From NCBI GenBank assembly GCA_964016885.1, contig OZ024742.1:146692001-146756000 (forward strand): a stretch of 64,000 nt of DNA. The letters are read 5' to 3'. Below are positions 33,190 through 47,931 of the stretch, piece by piece. How positions within the stretch are numbered: the first letter of the stretch is position 1; every line of letters starts with the position of its first letter. Made by a program: the position numbers and the translations under genes. Source of the stretch: Eledone cirrhosa. Taxonomy: Eukaryota. The notes beneath the pieces were generated by a model. It did not search any database. It saw only the letters and a list, made by a program, of their open reading frames with translations, and was not told the DNA's origin.

Positions 33190-33569
33190 ATAATTGTTTC
33201 TACTTTAGGCACAAAGCCAGCAATTACCCAGTGCATTACTGGTACTTTATTTTATCGACCCCGTAAGGATGAAAGGCAAAGTCAACCTCGGCTGGATTAG
33301 AACTCAGATCGTAAGGGGACGTAACTATGCTGGAAAAAATAATAATAATAATGGTTTCTTATATAGGCACAAGGCCAGCAATTTTTGGGGGAGGGGAAAG
33401 TCGATTAAATCGACTCCAGTGCGTGACTGGTACTTTATTTTATCGACCCCATAAGGATGAAAGGCAAAGTTAACCTCGACGGGATTTGAACTCAGATCAT
33501 AAAGGGCCGTAACTCTATGCTGCAAAGCATGGTGGCCGACTCTCTACCTACACTGCCAATCCACTGCCC

Positions 33570-33570
<1 letters not shown>
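33190..33570 (-). mobile_element. Two tandem SINE family 2 copies
   Basis: Core motif twice, separated by (AAT)n. Confidence 0.85.
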
Positions 33571-33605
<35 letters not shown>

Positions 33606-33696
33606 AAATTATATAAATATGCATACATATCTAAATGTATATATATATATATATGCATACATATATAAATGTATGTATTTATATGTGTATACATAT

Positions 33697-34093
33697 TGAG
33701 GCACATGGCTTAGTGGTTAGAGCATTGGCCTTGCAATCGAAAGGTTATGAGTTCAATTCTCAGACCGGGTGATGTGTTGTTTCCTTGAGCAAGACACTTT
33801 ATTTCACATTGCTCCAGTTTACTCAGCTGTAGAAATGAGATGATAGGGACTAGGGTCCATATCATTCCACTGTAAAGTGGTCGTGGAGGTGCCACGGCAA
33901 AAAAGCACCCAGCACTCACTGTAAATGAGGTTGGAGTTAGGAAGGGCATCCAGCTGTAGAAATCAAGTCAGAATCAGTTCCTGTATGAGCAAGACAAGGT
34001 CAGCCGACTGGACACTGCTCACAACAGGACAACCCGTCTAACTCATGCTAGCGTTGAAGAACGGACATAAAACGGTGATGATGATGATGATGA
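33697..34093 (+). mobile_element. SINE family 1 with full RTE-derived tail and (GAT)n
   Basis: Matches 4210-4530 and the RTE 3' UTR. Confidence 0.88.
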
Positions 34094-34140
34094 TATATAT
34101 ATAAATACAAACACACATAAATATATAAATATATATATAT

Positions 34141-36278
34141 ATGAATGACAGAATCATTAAACTTAGATTGTACTAAATAAAACAACCGTGACAATTATAT
34201 CTGCAGATACACCTCAATCTGGACAGCCAGATGTACTAAAAGACAGGATCTATGAGTCCCTAATGCACATTACTTCCCAAATAAGCAACAGTGACTTTGT
34301 AATCATTGAAGGTGACTTTAATGGGCATGTCAGGCAACACTGCAATGGCTTCAATGTGATCCATAGGGTTTATGGGTATGCTAGAAATGAGTAAGGTTTC
34401 AGGCTCCTGAAATTCTATGATTCCAATGGCCTATCTATCAGGAACTTCAAAAAACAAGACAACCAATTAATCACCTGATTAGCATGACAGCAACATAGAT
34501 TTTATCCTCACCGGAGGATGAGATAGAGTGATGGTTGTAAACACAAAGTCCCTCCCTAGTGAAGAAAACACCTCCCAACATAATCTAGTTAAGGTTAGAA
34601 GAACTCAGTTGATTGACATTTTCAACAGTAAGGAAAAGCAAATAGAGACATACGATATAGAAGGGCAGTGGAAATTCCTGAAAGATAACCTACTGAAGGT
34701 GACAAATGAAATCTGTGGTTGGAGCAGGTCTCTAGGGAGAAGGAGAGTGACTTGGTGGTGGAATAGTAGGGTAGATGAGACAATAAAGATCAAAAGAATG
34801 GAAAGAATGGCAGATTGGGGTAAGTAGAGAACTATACCAGAATGCTAGGTGACAAGTATACTTTGCAAGAAGGAAAACAGAAAATAAAAATTTTAAGCAC
34901 GTTCTGCAATGCAAGGAACAAAGGTATGAGGTGTTCAGGATTGCAAGACAGTGTGTCAGGGAAAATTGTGATGTTGGTGGGGAGAAATATGTCTGCAATG
35001 ATAATGATGTACTTGCCCTCACTGATGTTGAAAAGGAGGTAGCATGGAAGTGCCACTACGAAATATTACTAAATGAAGAAAATGCATGGGAAGAAAAAAG
35101 TTTGCCTCAACCAACACAAAAGAAAGATCAGCTGTACAAGTCAGCAGTAGTATAGTAAGTAAGGCAATCAGGGATATGAAGACAGGCAACAGTTGGACCT
35201 TCAAGGGTAGTTGCTAAGATGCTGAAAGCATCTGGGATTCTGGGACAAATGATAGTCACACATGTTGTAAACCAAGTAATACAAAATGGTATCATATCTA
35301 ATGACAGGCGTAGCAGCATCATCATCAACTGCTACAAGGGCAAAGAAGATTCTCTTGACAGTGAAAATTATTGAGGCATTAAGTTGGTTGACTAGGTTAT
35401 GGAGGTCACAGGAAGAGTTATAGCACAGCTGTTTAGGGTTCGAGTTAACCTAAATGAGATGCAGTTTGGATTCCATTATCTGGTGTGCTCTTAGAAAACA
35501 AGGAGTATATGAGTGGCTTATGAAGGCTGTACAAGCCATGCATAGAGGAACAGTCAACAAGGCTAGAATTAACAATGACTATAGCACAGAATTTAGCTTG
35601 CATGCTGGTGTTCATCAGGGCTTAATTATAAGCCCTCTCTTGTTTATTATCATTTTGCAGGCTATAACAGAAGAGTTTAAGACTGGAGGACCATGGAAAC
35701 TTCTTAATGCAGATGATCTAACCTATTGCAAAATTAGAGAAGAAATTCCAAACCTGGAAGCATGGCCCAGAATCAAAAGGGCTTAAAGATAACTTATCAA
35801 AGACCAAAGTTCTAGAATATAGAAAGGAAAACAGAGCCTATATTCCCTCAGAGAAATGGCCTTGGTCAGTGTGTAGAAAAAGTGTAGGTAGAAATTCCAT
35901 CCTCTGTGCCAAATGCAAACTATGAGTATACAAGAGATGTAGTGGGATCTCAGGCAGGCTAGCAAAGAACGTAAGTTTTATATGTGGCCAATGCACAAGT
36001 GCAGTAAGTAGCAAAAATTCACAGGATACTAGCTCCTTCAAATGTCCAGAGGGAAAAACGTGCCCAGCCCACACTGTAAAGTGGTAGTGAAGATGTCACG
36101 ACAAAAAGCACCCAGTACACACAGTAAATGTGGTTGTCATTAAGAAAGGCATCCAGCCATAGAAACCAAGCCAAAATCAGTTGTATATGAGCAAGACATG
36201 GTCACAACAGGACAACTTGTCTAACCCAAGCTAGAGTGGAAAATGGATGTTAAACAGTGATGAAGATGTTGATGATGA

Positions 36279-36280
<2 letters not shown>
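34141..36280 (+). mobile_element. Heavily decayed RTE LINE (APE C-terminal part plus RT, internal deletions)
   Basis: GDFNGHV, VTWWWN, GVHQGLIISPLLF, NADDL remnants; 3' UTR. Confidence 0.88.
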
Positions 36281-36342
<62 letters not shown>

Positions 36343-37479
36343 AATATATACATATAACCTCTATGTTCTACTCAGTTCTATATAACTCTCTCCATCTAAC
36401 CTCCAGCTAAACAGTCTGAGATAACAACATGTGATATCAATGATAAGATACAAATGTAGACCATGTTATTATAAACATTACATGAATACCAAATATGGAA
36501 CATCTATTGAACATATATCATCAATACACACACCACATAATATATATTCTGAAATACCATTAATTATTTATGAACTACCATTTTCAACTTGTATCTAAAA
36601 CAGTTAAGATAGCTGGACTGCTAACAGAGAGAAGTTTTTATCATTGCTGGTGGGTCACCTTACTGAAGTAACAGAGGATGCTTGTGTGTTCGTATGGATT
36701 CCAGTAATTTAGCCTCACTTTCATTTGTTATAATGTCATGAATCTTGTTCCTTGCCTCAAAAATATTTAGAAGGAAAGACTAACGTTTCCTTTTGTAACA
36801 TATGATTAAGTAGGTACATCTCTCTCATTGTATTCTTGGGCTATTAAATAGTCCTTTTTAAATCGTTTTATTTCTTCTTCTTCCTGAGAGAGTCGTGGGA
36901 GTAGAGTACTTAGACAAGCCTTCCAGAGGGTCCTATTAGAAGCAATAAATCTCCAAGTTATCTAGCTGGATCCATATATAAGACCAACCAATGTTATATC
37001 CATTATATTAATTGAGTTTATATGTATGAGATATTCTAATAAATAAACTCCAAAAAGAAGAAAATGACCATATATACTCAAATATAAGCTGAGAAATATG
37101 TAACCCCAAAGAATTGATGGTAAAATGGGGGTGTTGGTTTATATTCACCATCTAAACATAATGTGTTGATTACCTGCTTTGGCTTATAAATGGGGTTGGG
37201 ATTTTTTCCCATTTCTCACACATGAAATTGGCTTATATTCGAGTATATATGGTATATCATTTTTATGGAAATTACCCATAATCTGTAATAGGTTTCAATG
37301 GCAGACTCCCATATCTCTGTAGATTATTGAATATGGCTAGGAATTGCAGATACATGGTGACAATGAAAGGAAATAACTTGGTGTAAAATAGAACCTACAA
37401 AAAACTTGGTTCGTTTAGGACCTGAAAGAATAATTGAAGTGTCCAATGCTATTGAATAATAAAATATAAGTCGCAGAGC

Positions 37480-38010
37480 TTTTCAACAGAGTGGAAATGG
37501 GAGATGTAAGTAGCATCAACAGAAGGGAAATGTGAGATGTATGTAAATAAGTAGTAGAGCTCTTTAAAAGAGGGGAAATGTGAGATGTATGTAAGTAGTA
37601 GAGCTCTTTAAAAGAGGGGAAATGTGAGATGTATGTAAGCAGTAGAGCTCTTTAACAGAGAGGAAATGTGAAATGTATGTAAGTAGCAGAGCTCTTTTAT
37701 AGAGAGGAAATGTGAGATGTAAATAGCACAGCTCTTTAACAAAGAGGAAATGTATGTAAGTAGCAGAGCTCTTTAACAGAGAGGAAATGTATGTAAGTAG
37801 CGGAGCTCTTTAACAGAGAGGAAATGTACAATATCTGTAAATAGCAGAGCTCTTTAACAGTGAGGGAATGTGAGATGTGTGTAAAGTAGCAGAACTTTTT
37901 AATACAAGGGAAATGTGAAATGTTTGTAAGCAACAAAGCTCTTCAACAGAGGAGAAATGTAAGATATATATAAATAGCAGAGCTCTTTAACACTGAGGGA
38001 ATGTAAGATG
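37480..38010. repeat. ~40-44 bp minisatellite (AGAGCTCTTTAACAGAGAGGAAATGTGAGATGTATGTAAGTAGC)
   Basis: About 12 units. Confidence 0.9.
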
Positions 38011-38084
38011 TATATAAGAAGTTTGTATATAGGTTTATCAATTTCTATATAAGACACAAAAACATTTGGATACATTAAAGCTCC

Positions 38085-38400
38085 AACATCTGGCAACTGA
38101 CTTATTAACCATCTTTCCAACAACCCTGAGCACCTTTTTGAATTCTATCTGCTAACACCTATGGACATGCTTACAAAGTCAGAAAACAGCACAGCTGCCA
38201 TGACTTTCAGAAATATGTTTTCACACTCAGAGTTGCTGAGGCATGGAACAAACAACATGCATCAATTGTTAGCTGTCGGGAGACTGCATCCTTCAAAACT
38301 TCCATACTTCCCAAAATTCGCCAACACTATACCTGATATTCTGCCTCCATACACATGCACACATGTATCTGTGTGTATATCATGACTCATACACTGTTCA
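38085..38400 (+). mobile_element. CR1 LINE 3' fragment
   Basis: GHAYKVRKQHSCHDFQKYVFTLRVAEAWN...SFKT, typical CR1 C-terminus. Confidence 0.65.
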
Positions 38401-39219
38401 CTTTCCTGCAGTAGAGGATCAGACGCCATGCTTTGCAGCATCGAGTTACGGCCCTTGCCATTCTGAGTTCAAATCCTGCCGAGGTTAACTTTGCCTTTCA
38501 TCCTTACGGGGTCGATAAAATAAAGTACCAGTAATGTACTGGGTAATTGCTGGCTTTGTGCCAAAAGTAGAAACAATTATTCTGTGTTATATACATGCAC
38601 CTTTGATCAGTTGTGGTGCACCTGAGCACTTTACACAATAATTTTCATTATTATTATTCTTGTGTTTACATATATTTCATGTTGTGCATGATCCATATGA
38701 CACTTCATACAACTTCTCATTAAGAAATCAGTCTTTTCTTTCAGTAAAAATAGTCAAAAATATACATTTATTAACTTACTTATTTTATTGACTTCAAAAG
38801 AAATATAATATACAATAATCAAACCTAGAATCATGAAACACTGTACTAGACACCATAATAAAATTCAGTTAATTTGATCAACATTTATCATTTCTTCATT
38901 TCACTCCCACACACAAATATACAACTTGTTATTCTCTATCATCTGCAGTTACTTGGCAGATATTTCAAAATATGGATACATGTTTTTAATAATATGTCTC
39001 ATTCTGTTGGACCCTTCCTAAAATCTAACCTTCACCTAAAGTTACCCATAAAGTTGACTAAATAAGCAGAGTTTTAAACTCCTATTTATGCCAGTCTAGA
39101 ATTCAAATTCTCCGTTTTTCTCTCGGATTTTCAATTAATATTTTACATGTTTTTAATAATATGTCTCATTCTGTTGGACCCTTCCTAAAAACTAATCTTC
39201 TCCTAAAGTTACCCACTTA

Positions 39220-42200
39220 CCGCCCTCCCACCCCCACACACCACCATTGTTATATGGTCCAATCTTAACTCAGTGGCTTATAGTAAGTTCTCTAACAAAT
39301 CAGTATAGCAAAGCTACCACCTCGGTTACTACTGCTTAAGTTTAGACATGTTTGATGGGTGGACTGCAGAATTTGGAAAGTCTAAGCACTCAATGACAAT
39401 GTCCCAGATAAAGATAAATTCACCTCCTGCTGCAGGACGAGAATACAAGGACCCCTCTTTATTTCAGACACAGATGACCAACATAATTCCATCTCCCACA
39501 CCCCTCCCTGCCCCTCCAACCCATCCATCCCACCCTCCCAACTTCAGAGTTGGTACCATGAACGTAGGCACATTGAAAGGTCACTCAAATGAGGTTGTAG
39601 AGATGCTTGAATGTAAAGAAGTTGATGTTTGATGTATTCAAGAGACTAGGTGGAGAGGTGGGTCTGCCAGATTCATCGTGGGTAAAAAATGATGCTATAA
39701 ACTTTTCTGGGTGTAGGAATTATGTTAGCTGAAAAGTGGGTAGATAAGGTAATTGACGTAAATAGAGTGAATGACAGAATAATTAAAATAAGACTAAATA
39801 GAACACTACTGTGACAATAATATCCGCTTATGCACCCCAATCTGGTCTACCTGACGTTATAAAGGACAGGTTCTATGAGATGCTAATGCACATTACCTCC
39901 CAAATAACCGACAGTGACTACTTAATTATTGCTGGCGATCTAAACGGTCAAGTTGGACAAGATAGTGATGGGTATGATAGAATCCATGGAGGCTTTGGGG
40001 TTGGAAATAGAAATGAGGAGGGCTTCAGAATCCTAGAATTCTGTGATGCTAATAACCTAACTATCTGTAACACAAACTTAAAAAAACGTGAAAACCACTT
40101 GATCACCTATAATATAGATCAGGGGAACACACCAGCCAGATAGATTATATCCTTACTAGAAGACGGGACAAAGGGTCTGTTGTAAACACTAAATCCCTCC
40201 CCCGTGAAGAATGCACCTCCCAACATAGCCTAGTAGTTAGTGACCTCATAGTCAGGAATAGACGTACTCGACGACAGAGGAGGCCTACCTTGAGGAGGAG
40301 AATATGGAAGTTGAACGCCCCCATAGCCAGTGACAGATTTAAAAGCTTGATGCCTTTGACAATAAGGAAGAGCAATTAGAGAAGTGCAATATAGAGGAAC
40401 AATGGCAATTCTTGAAAGTGAACCTGCTAAAAGCAATGGATGAAATCTGTGGCTGGAGCAGACCTATTGGTAGGAGGAGAGTAACTTGGTGGTGGAACAG
40501 TAAGGTAGAAGAGACAATCAAGGCCAAAAAGCAGGCTTGGAAAGTATGGCAGGATGGGGGAAGTAGAGAACACTATCAAGTGGCCAGGAGAGTAGCTAGG
40601 AGACAAGTGTACTTTGCAAAAAGGGAAGCAGAGGAAAGAAAGTTCAAACATGTTCTACAACGTGAGGACCAAAAACGCGAGGTGTTCAGGATTGCTAGAC
40701 AATTTGTCAAGGAAAACCGTGATATTGTCGGGAAGAAGTGTGTCTGTATTGATAACGGTGTACTTGCACTCACTGATACTGATAAGAAGATAGCCTGGAA
40801 GTGTCACTACGAGAGACTATTAAATGAGGAGAATAAATGGGAAAAAGATAGTCTGCCCCAAATCGATCCAATAGAAGGACCAGCGGTGCAAGTTAAAGGT
40901 AATGTAGTAAGTAAGGCAATCAAAGATATGAAGACAGGCAAGGCAGCTGGGCCTTCGGAGATAGTTGCTGAGATGTTGAAGGCATCTGGAATGGTGGGAC
41001 ATACTATGGTCACCCGTATAGTTAACCAATACAGAATGGGGTCATACCAAAACACTGGCGTAGCAGCAGCATCATTAACTGCTACAAGGTTAAAGGGGAT
41101 GCCCTAGATAGGGAGAAACTATAGAGGCATTAAGTTAGTTGACCAGGTCATGAAGGTCACAGAAAGAGTTATAGCGCAACTAATCAGAGAGCGTATTGAT
41201 CTAGATGAAATGCAGTTTGGGTTTGTCTCAGGTAAAAGTACCACAAATGCTCTTTTCCTGTACAACAACTACAGGAGAAGTACCTAGCTAAAAGTAAACC
41301 CCTCTACTTAGCTTTTGTAGACCTGGAGAAAGCCTTTGACAGAGTCCCCCGCTCCATTATCTGGTGGGCTCTTAGAAAACTACGTGTAGATGAATGGCTT
41401 GTGAGAGCTATACAAGCTATGTATAAAGAAACAGTCAGTAAGGTTAGAATTAACAATGAATATTGTGAAGAATTTAGTGTAAAAGTTGGTGTTCATCAAG
41501 GCTCTGTCTTTAGCCCCCTCCTATTTATTATTGCCCTTCAGACTATAACAGAGGAGTTCAAGACAGGCTGCCCATGGGAACTCCTGTACGCAGATGATCT
41601 AACACTCATAGCTGAATCAATGGCTGAACTAGAGAAGAAATTCCAAATATGGAAGCATGGCCTAGAATCAAAAGGCCTTAAAGTTAACTTGTCTCAGACT
41701 AAAGTTCTAGTTTGTAGAAACAAAAATAGGGCACAGGTGCCCTCAGGGAAATGGCCATGCTCAGTGTGTAGGAAAGGAGTAGGCAGAAACTCCATTTTAT
41801 GTCCCAAATGCAAAGTATGGGTACATAAAAGATGTAGTGGGATCACAGGTAAACTATCTAAGAACAGACTTTATATGTGGCCGATGCTCAGGTGCAATAA
41901 GTAGCAAGTGTCCATAGGATACTAGCTCCTTCTATTGCCCAGATGGTTCTATAGAAATAGTGGACATTTTCTGCTACCTGGGTGACAAAATCAGCAGTGG
42001 TGGAGGGTGTTCTGAAAGTACAGTAGCCAGAGTCAGAATGGGATAGAAAAAGTTCAGAGAGCTTATACCGCTGTTGACCACAAAAGGTTTCTCTCTAAAA
42101 ATGAAAGGCACATTGTATGATGCCTGTATACGAACAGCAATGCTACATGGCAGTGAGACATGGGCTTTACGTGCAGAGGATCTGCGCAGACTGGAAAGGA

Positions 42201-42965
42201 ATGAAGCATGGATGCTCCGTTGGATGTGTAATAGTAATATACGTGAACGGCAAAGTATAAATGAGCTAAGTGAGAAATTAGGAATAAGATGGATCAGATG
42301 CTGTTTACTCGAGAGAAGACTACGTTGGTATGGTCATGTGATGTGCATGAAAGACGACAGCTGTATAAAAAAGTGCACGGTGATCAAAATTGATGGTAGC
42401 CACGGAGTAGGCAGTCCCAGAAAAACTTGGGATGATCTGATAAATTCCGAACTTACACACTTGCACCTCTCTAAGACAATGTCACTACACCGAGATCTTT
42501 GGCACTACACAGTACTATAGAAGAACTGTCTTCTCTATGTACAAAGCGAAACCTACAGTCAGTAGGCACCTCATAACCAAATATACACCCCAATCCACTA
42601 CCCCTACCCTATCCTCCCACTCCCACCAACACCCCCCTGTCTCTGTAAAGTTGGTACCACAACATCCAGTCCAAATAAATGAGATAATGAGATCGAGATC
42701 GAGATTGTGTAGGTGTCACGACAAAAAAAACACACAGTCCACGCTGTAATGTGGCCGTGTAGGTAACACGGTAAAAAGTTCCCAGTTCCACACTGTATAT
42801 GTGGTTGGTGTTACGAAGGGCATCCAGCCGTAGAAAACCTGCCAGATAGTCCTGTATGAGCGAGACACAGTCACCCAACCAACCTTGCCTCAAGTGGAAC
42901 AACTCCCATCTAACCCATGCTAGCGTGGAAGATGGATGTTAAACGAAGATGATGATGATGAGATG
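39220..42965 (+). mobile_element. Near full-length decayed RTE LINE (APE endonuclease + RT + PHD finger + 3' UTR)
   Basis: RVGTMNVGTL, IQETRW, ISAYAPQ, AGDLNGQV, IDYIL, LYADDL, RLRWYGHV; multiple stops and frameshifts; (GAT)n tail. Confidence 0.95.
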
Positions 42966-43789
42966 ATGGATAAATTTCATTATCACCACTTTTATTTCAT
43001 CAGTATTTGTGAGGTTTTATTATAATTTAGTTTTCATATTGAAACTGACATCACTCAAACTCTAACCCTCACTCATACTCACAATATTATTGGAAGAGTC
43101 ATTCATATTGATACATCACTCACACTCTAAATATCACTGGAATTACTATGTCATTCATATTTATACCAACCTCACTCATACTCTATTATTGGAATTATTG
43201 ACTCTCATACTGGTACTGATATCACCTTCCCCAAATATAGTATTTGAACTGAGCTCAACTGACTTCATTCTAAAAAAAAACTGGATATTCACACCCCCCC
43301 CCCCCCCACACACACACACACCTTAGTTATGACTGACCATGGGTTTGCCCCTGGAAAGTTCCTCTCCAAGGTGCAAATCTGAGCAAAATGTTTTGTGGAT
43401 GACCATCAATCACCTTGGCATATCAGTTTCTCCTCTCCACACTATCAATGTTGTCCAAGGGAAAGGCAAAGGCTAATATTACTTGGCACTAATATTGTCA
43501 CAACTCATACATTCACTATATATATGCTGTATATACACCATATACCCATATATATACATTATATGATGTCGGAAAGACAAAGGCTAATACAGCTGTGCAC
43601 CTGTGTCATCACTACTCACTTTTTCCTGTTTAATGGACTTTAGTAATGGGAAATATAGTGTCTTGTTCAAAGACACCACACAGTGTCCAATCCAAGAATT
43701 GAACTCACAACTTTTCTATTGTGAGCCCAACAGCCTTATATCATTGAGCCTTCATTCTCAACAAATATATTGGATTTACAAAATGAGTG

Positions 43790-44070
43790 AAAAATTGGAC
43801 ATAAGTGGATTCAAATGTAATCTGTAAGAGAGAAGATTGCATATGGATGATCAGTTCTAAGAGATCCCATTGAAAAGAAGATGCAGTAGAGGAAGACCAA
43901 GGTAAGCTTGGGCAGAAGGGGTGAGAACTGATCTCAAAACACTGAACCTTACAAATGAGATGACAAAAACCACAAATTAAGGTTGGATGTACTGGAAATG
44001 ACATGTCAAACCCATAAAAGCATGGAAAACAGAGGTAAAAGGATAATGATTATGATGATGATGATGATAA
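43790..44070 (+). mobile_element. Old RTE 3' fragment
   Basis: RGRPR...W remnant and (GAT)n tail. Confidence 0.6.
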
Positions 44071-45401
44071 GGAAGAGGATTTATAAGACGTTCATGTATA
44101 ACTTTATTTCATCATTACAGGCACGAACATCACTAGAAACTAAAGACACAGCTCAAACCAACTAAACGTGTCGTGACTGCTACAACATCACTATTCATTA
44201 AACAATGTTACATAGTACAGTAGCAATAGATGAACTGGCTAAATCTGATAATCTCTTCTCCTAATACATTTATTAACTTTCAGAAGGTGCAACTATAAAG
44301 TGGATCTATAATGTGACTCCATCTCACTCTCTTTATCCATTATGCTTATTAATTCCGTTTCATAGAGAAGATTTCATTCAAGTTTCCATGGAATTTTGAA
44401 ATCAAATTTTAAGTCTCTCCTCTGATTATATTTAAACATGAAAATCTAATATTTTCAGACTTTACAATGAAAGAGATATGAAATGAAATATACTTTCTAT
44501 TGTCCAGAACTAAAGTCAATTGCGGTTAATTGTTAAACCTAGAAACATTCATTTAATGATGATCGTATGTATCTATATGTGTGTGACTATGGAAGGCAAT
44601 ATGGAGCAAGACAGAGGAAGAAAGATGAATAAATATATCTAAAATATCTGTATGAGTTTGTGTGTGTGGGGGTGTTCGTGTGTGTGTGCGTGGGGGGGGG
44701 GGGGGGGAGATTGCGTGTGTGTTTGTGAGGATGCATGTGTTTGTGTATGTGTATTGATGTGGGTATGTGTGTGGAAACATGAATGTAACACCATGAAAAT
44801 AATACGACAGACAAGATAAGACTCATCATTATTAGGTTGGATTGGCAGTATCGGTAGAGGGTCGGACGCCATGCTTTGCAGCAAAGAGTTACGGCCCTTT
44901 ATGGTTTGAGTTCAAATCCCGCCGAAGTTAACTTTGCCTTTCATCCTTACGGGGATCGATAAAATAAAGTACCAGTAATACACTGGGATAATTGCTGGCC
45001 TTGTGCCAATAGTAGAAACAATTATTAAGTTAATATTGAGAGAAATGGAAAATGCTTTATGTTTAATACATAGATCCTTCTTCACAGGAAAGATAGGGAG
45101 AGGAGAGAAAATTATATTTATATATAGTTTTGTTTTTTTTTGTATTTGTTTTGCAAGATTTTTTATCTGAAAATGTGTTAAAACAGATATTGTTATATTT
45201 TGGGAGGGTCATACTACCAATAAAAGATGCACGCACCTGTTGGATTTCACTTCAATTTATTATTATAATCCCGCCGAGGTTAACTTTGCCTTTCAGCCTT
45301 ACGGGGTCGATAAAATAAAGTACCAGTAATGTACTGGGTAATTGCTGGCCTTGTGCCAAAAGTAGAAACAATTATTATAATTTCCCAGTCAGTTAGTTTA
45401 A

Positions 45402-45731
45402 CCCTTTAGCATTTAAACCGGTCCTATCCAGCCAGAATTTGCTCATCTCTTTCTGCTCAAACTGGCCATAACTGGCCACTCATACTGATGTTAAAGTATT
45501 GTTCTCAAAATAAATGATATCAAAATCTCGTAGATTTGATATTATGTGAGATAATAATTGTTTCTACTTTAGGCACAAGGCCAGCAATTACCCAGTGCAT
45601 TACTGGTACTTTATTTTATCGACCCCATAAGGATGAAAAGCAAAGTCAACCTCGGCGGGATTTGAATAATAATGTGAAGTAAAGCCTTTACCATGAAAAT
45701 ATAATAATATAGAGAGAGTAATGCTAAAGGG
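45402..45731. mobile_element. piggyBac-type MITE containing a SINE family 2 insertion (~45553-45665)
   Basis: TTAA-CCCTTTAGCATT ... AATGCTAAAGGG-TTAA: 12-bp TIRs and TTAA TSD. Confidence 0.75.
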
Positions 45732-46407
45732 TTAATAACTGGATAGTTGTTTAGTTGTTGATTGTCATCAAAACTCATAAAAACAAGATGCTATAGGACA
45801 GAATAAAGGAGAGACACAAAATACTAATAAAAGTAGTCACTGGGGAGATCATAGAATGTGTGACAAAAGAGCTTTGATGACAATCAACAACTAAAGAACT
45901 ATCTAGTTATTAAAAAAACTGAGTTGGAAATTATAATAATAATTGAAGTGAAATCCAACAGGTGCATGTATTTTTTATTGGCAGCATGACCCTTTTGGAG
46001 GAGCATGCTGCCAATACGATATATATATATATAATATATATATGTATATATAGTTTAGTCATTACAATAACAGAAGTCTGATGAGCTTTTGATTCCAAAT
46101 TCGGCCCAATTCGATACAGATCGAGCCATGAGTTGATCAATCGTGAAATGCCTGCCACACTTCAATAAATGTAATGAAGATCTAGCACCTCATACTGTTA
46201 TTAATATTATATATATATTTATATAAACGGAAAAAATGAAACGAAATTTCATTTCCCACTCTTAGTACGGCTGTTACTTAAATATAAGTATGTACACGTA
46301 CATACATATATGTATACAGACGTACAGTAGTATGTATATATATATATATATATACATACATGCACACATATATATATGTACGTATGGATTCACCGAACAT
46401 TTATTAT

Positions 46408-47325
46408 AATAAGAGTTAGAACGGGATGGAAAAAGTTCAGAGAGCTTATACCGCTGTTGGCCGCAAAAGGTTTCTCTCTGAAAATGAACGGCAGATTGTA
46501 TGATGCCTGTATACAAACAGCAATGCTACATGACAGTGAGACATGGGCATTACGTGCAGAGGACCTGCGTAGACTGGAAAGGAACAAAGCATGCATGCTC
46601 CATTGGATGTGTAATAGTAATATATGTGAACGGCAAAGCATAAATGAACTAAGAGAGAAATTAGGAATAAGAGGGATCAGATGATGTTTACTTGAGAGAA
46701 GACTATGTTGGTATGGCCACGTGATGCGCATGAAAGATGACAGCTGTATAAGAAAATGCAGGACAATCAAAATTGATGGTAGTTACGGAGTAGGTAGACC
46801 CAGAAAAACCTGGGATGATTTGATAAATTCCGACCTTACACACTTGCACCTCTCTAAGACAATGTCAGTAATACAGAAGACCCACCTTGCCTATGTACAA
46901 AGCGAAATCTACAGTCAGTAGGCACCTCTTAACCAAATATACACCCCAATCCACTATCCCTACCCTATCCTCCCACTCCCACTAACACCACCCTCTCTCT
47001 GTAAAGTTGGTACCACAGTATCCAGTCCAAATAAATGAGATAATGAGATCGAGATTGTGTAGGTGTTAAGACAAAAAAAAAACCACACAGTCCACGCTGT
47101 AATGTGGCCGTGTAGGTAACATGGTAAAAAGTTTTGAGTTTCACACTGCAAATGTAGTTGTTGTTAAGAAGGGCATCCAGCCGTAGAAAACCTGCCAGAT
47201 AGTCCTGTATGAGCGAGACACGGTCAGCCGACCAACTTTGCCTCAAGTGGGACAACTCCCGTCTAACCCATGCTAGCGTGGAAGATAGACGTTAAACGAA
47301 GATGATGATGATGATGATGATGATA
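46408..47325 (+). mobile_element. RTE LINE 3' fragment
   Basis: RVRTGWKKFRELIPL...GRPRKTW; 3' UTR; (GAT)n. Confidence 0.92.
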
Positions 47326-47700
47326 TCATCATCACTGTTTTACGTCCGTTCTTCCACGCTAGCATGGGTTAGACCGGTTGTCCTATTGTGGGCAGTAGCC
47401 GGTCGGCTGACCATGCCTTGCTCATACGGGAACTGATTCTGGCTGGATTTCTACAGCTGAATGCCCTTCCTAACACCAACCTCATTTACATTGAGTGCTG
47501 GATGTTTTTTTTTCATGGCGCCTACACATCCACTTTACAATGTGGGCTGGGTGCTTCTTTGCCGTGGCACCTCCACGACCACTTTGCAGTGGGAGGGTGT
47601 GGGGCCATATTGTCTATATACTTTAGCTTTGGCTTGAACCCGTAGGGGGTCGGGTTTTCTGTATTACTGCGTGATGCCAGAGGTCACGGTTGTGTGTCAT
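47326..47700 (-). mobile_element. RTE 3' UTR fragment, tail-to-tail with the preceding copy
   Basis: Reverse complement of the 16955-17280-type UTR. Confidence 0.88.
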
Positions 47701-47808
47701 ATATATATATATATGTATATATACACATACACACATACATACAAATATATGTGTATAAATGAATATATATATATTCATTGACACATACACACACTTACAT
47801 ATATATAC

Positions 47809-47854
<46 letters not shown>

Positions 47855-47856
47855 AC

Positions 47857-47931
<75 letters not shown>

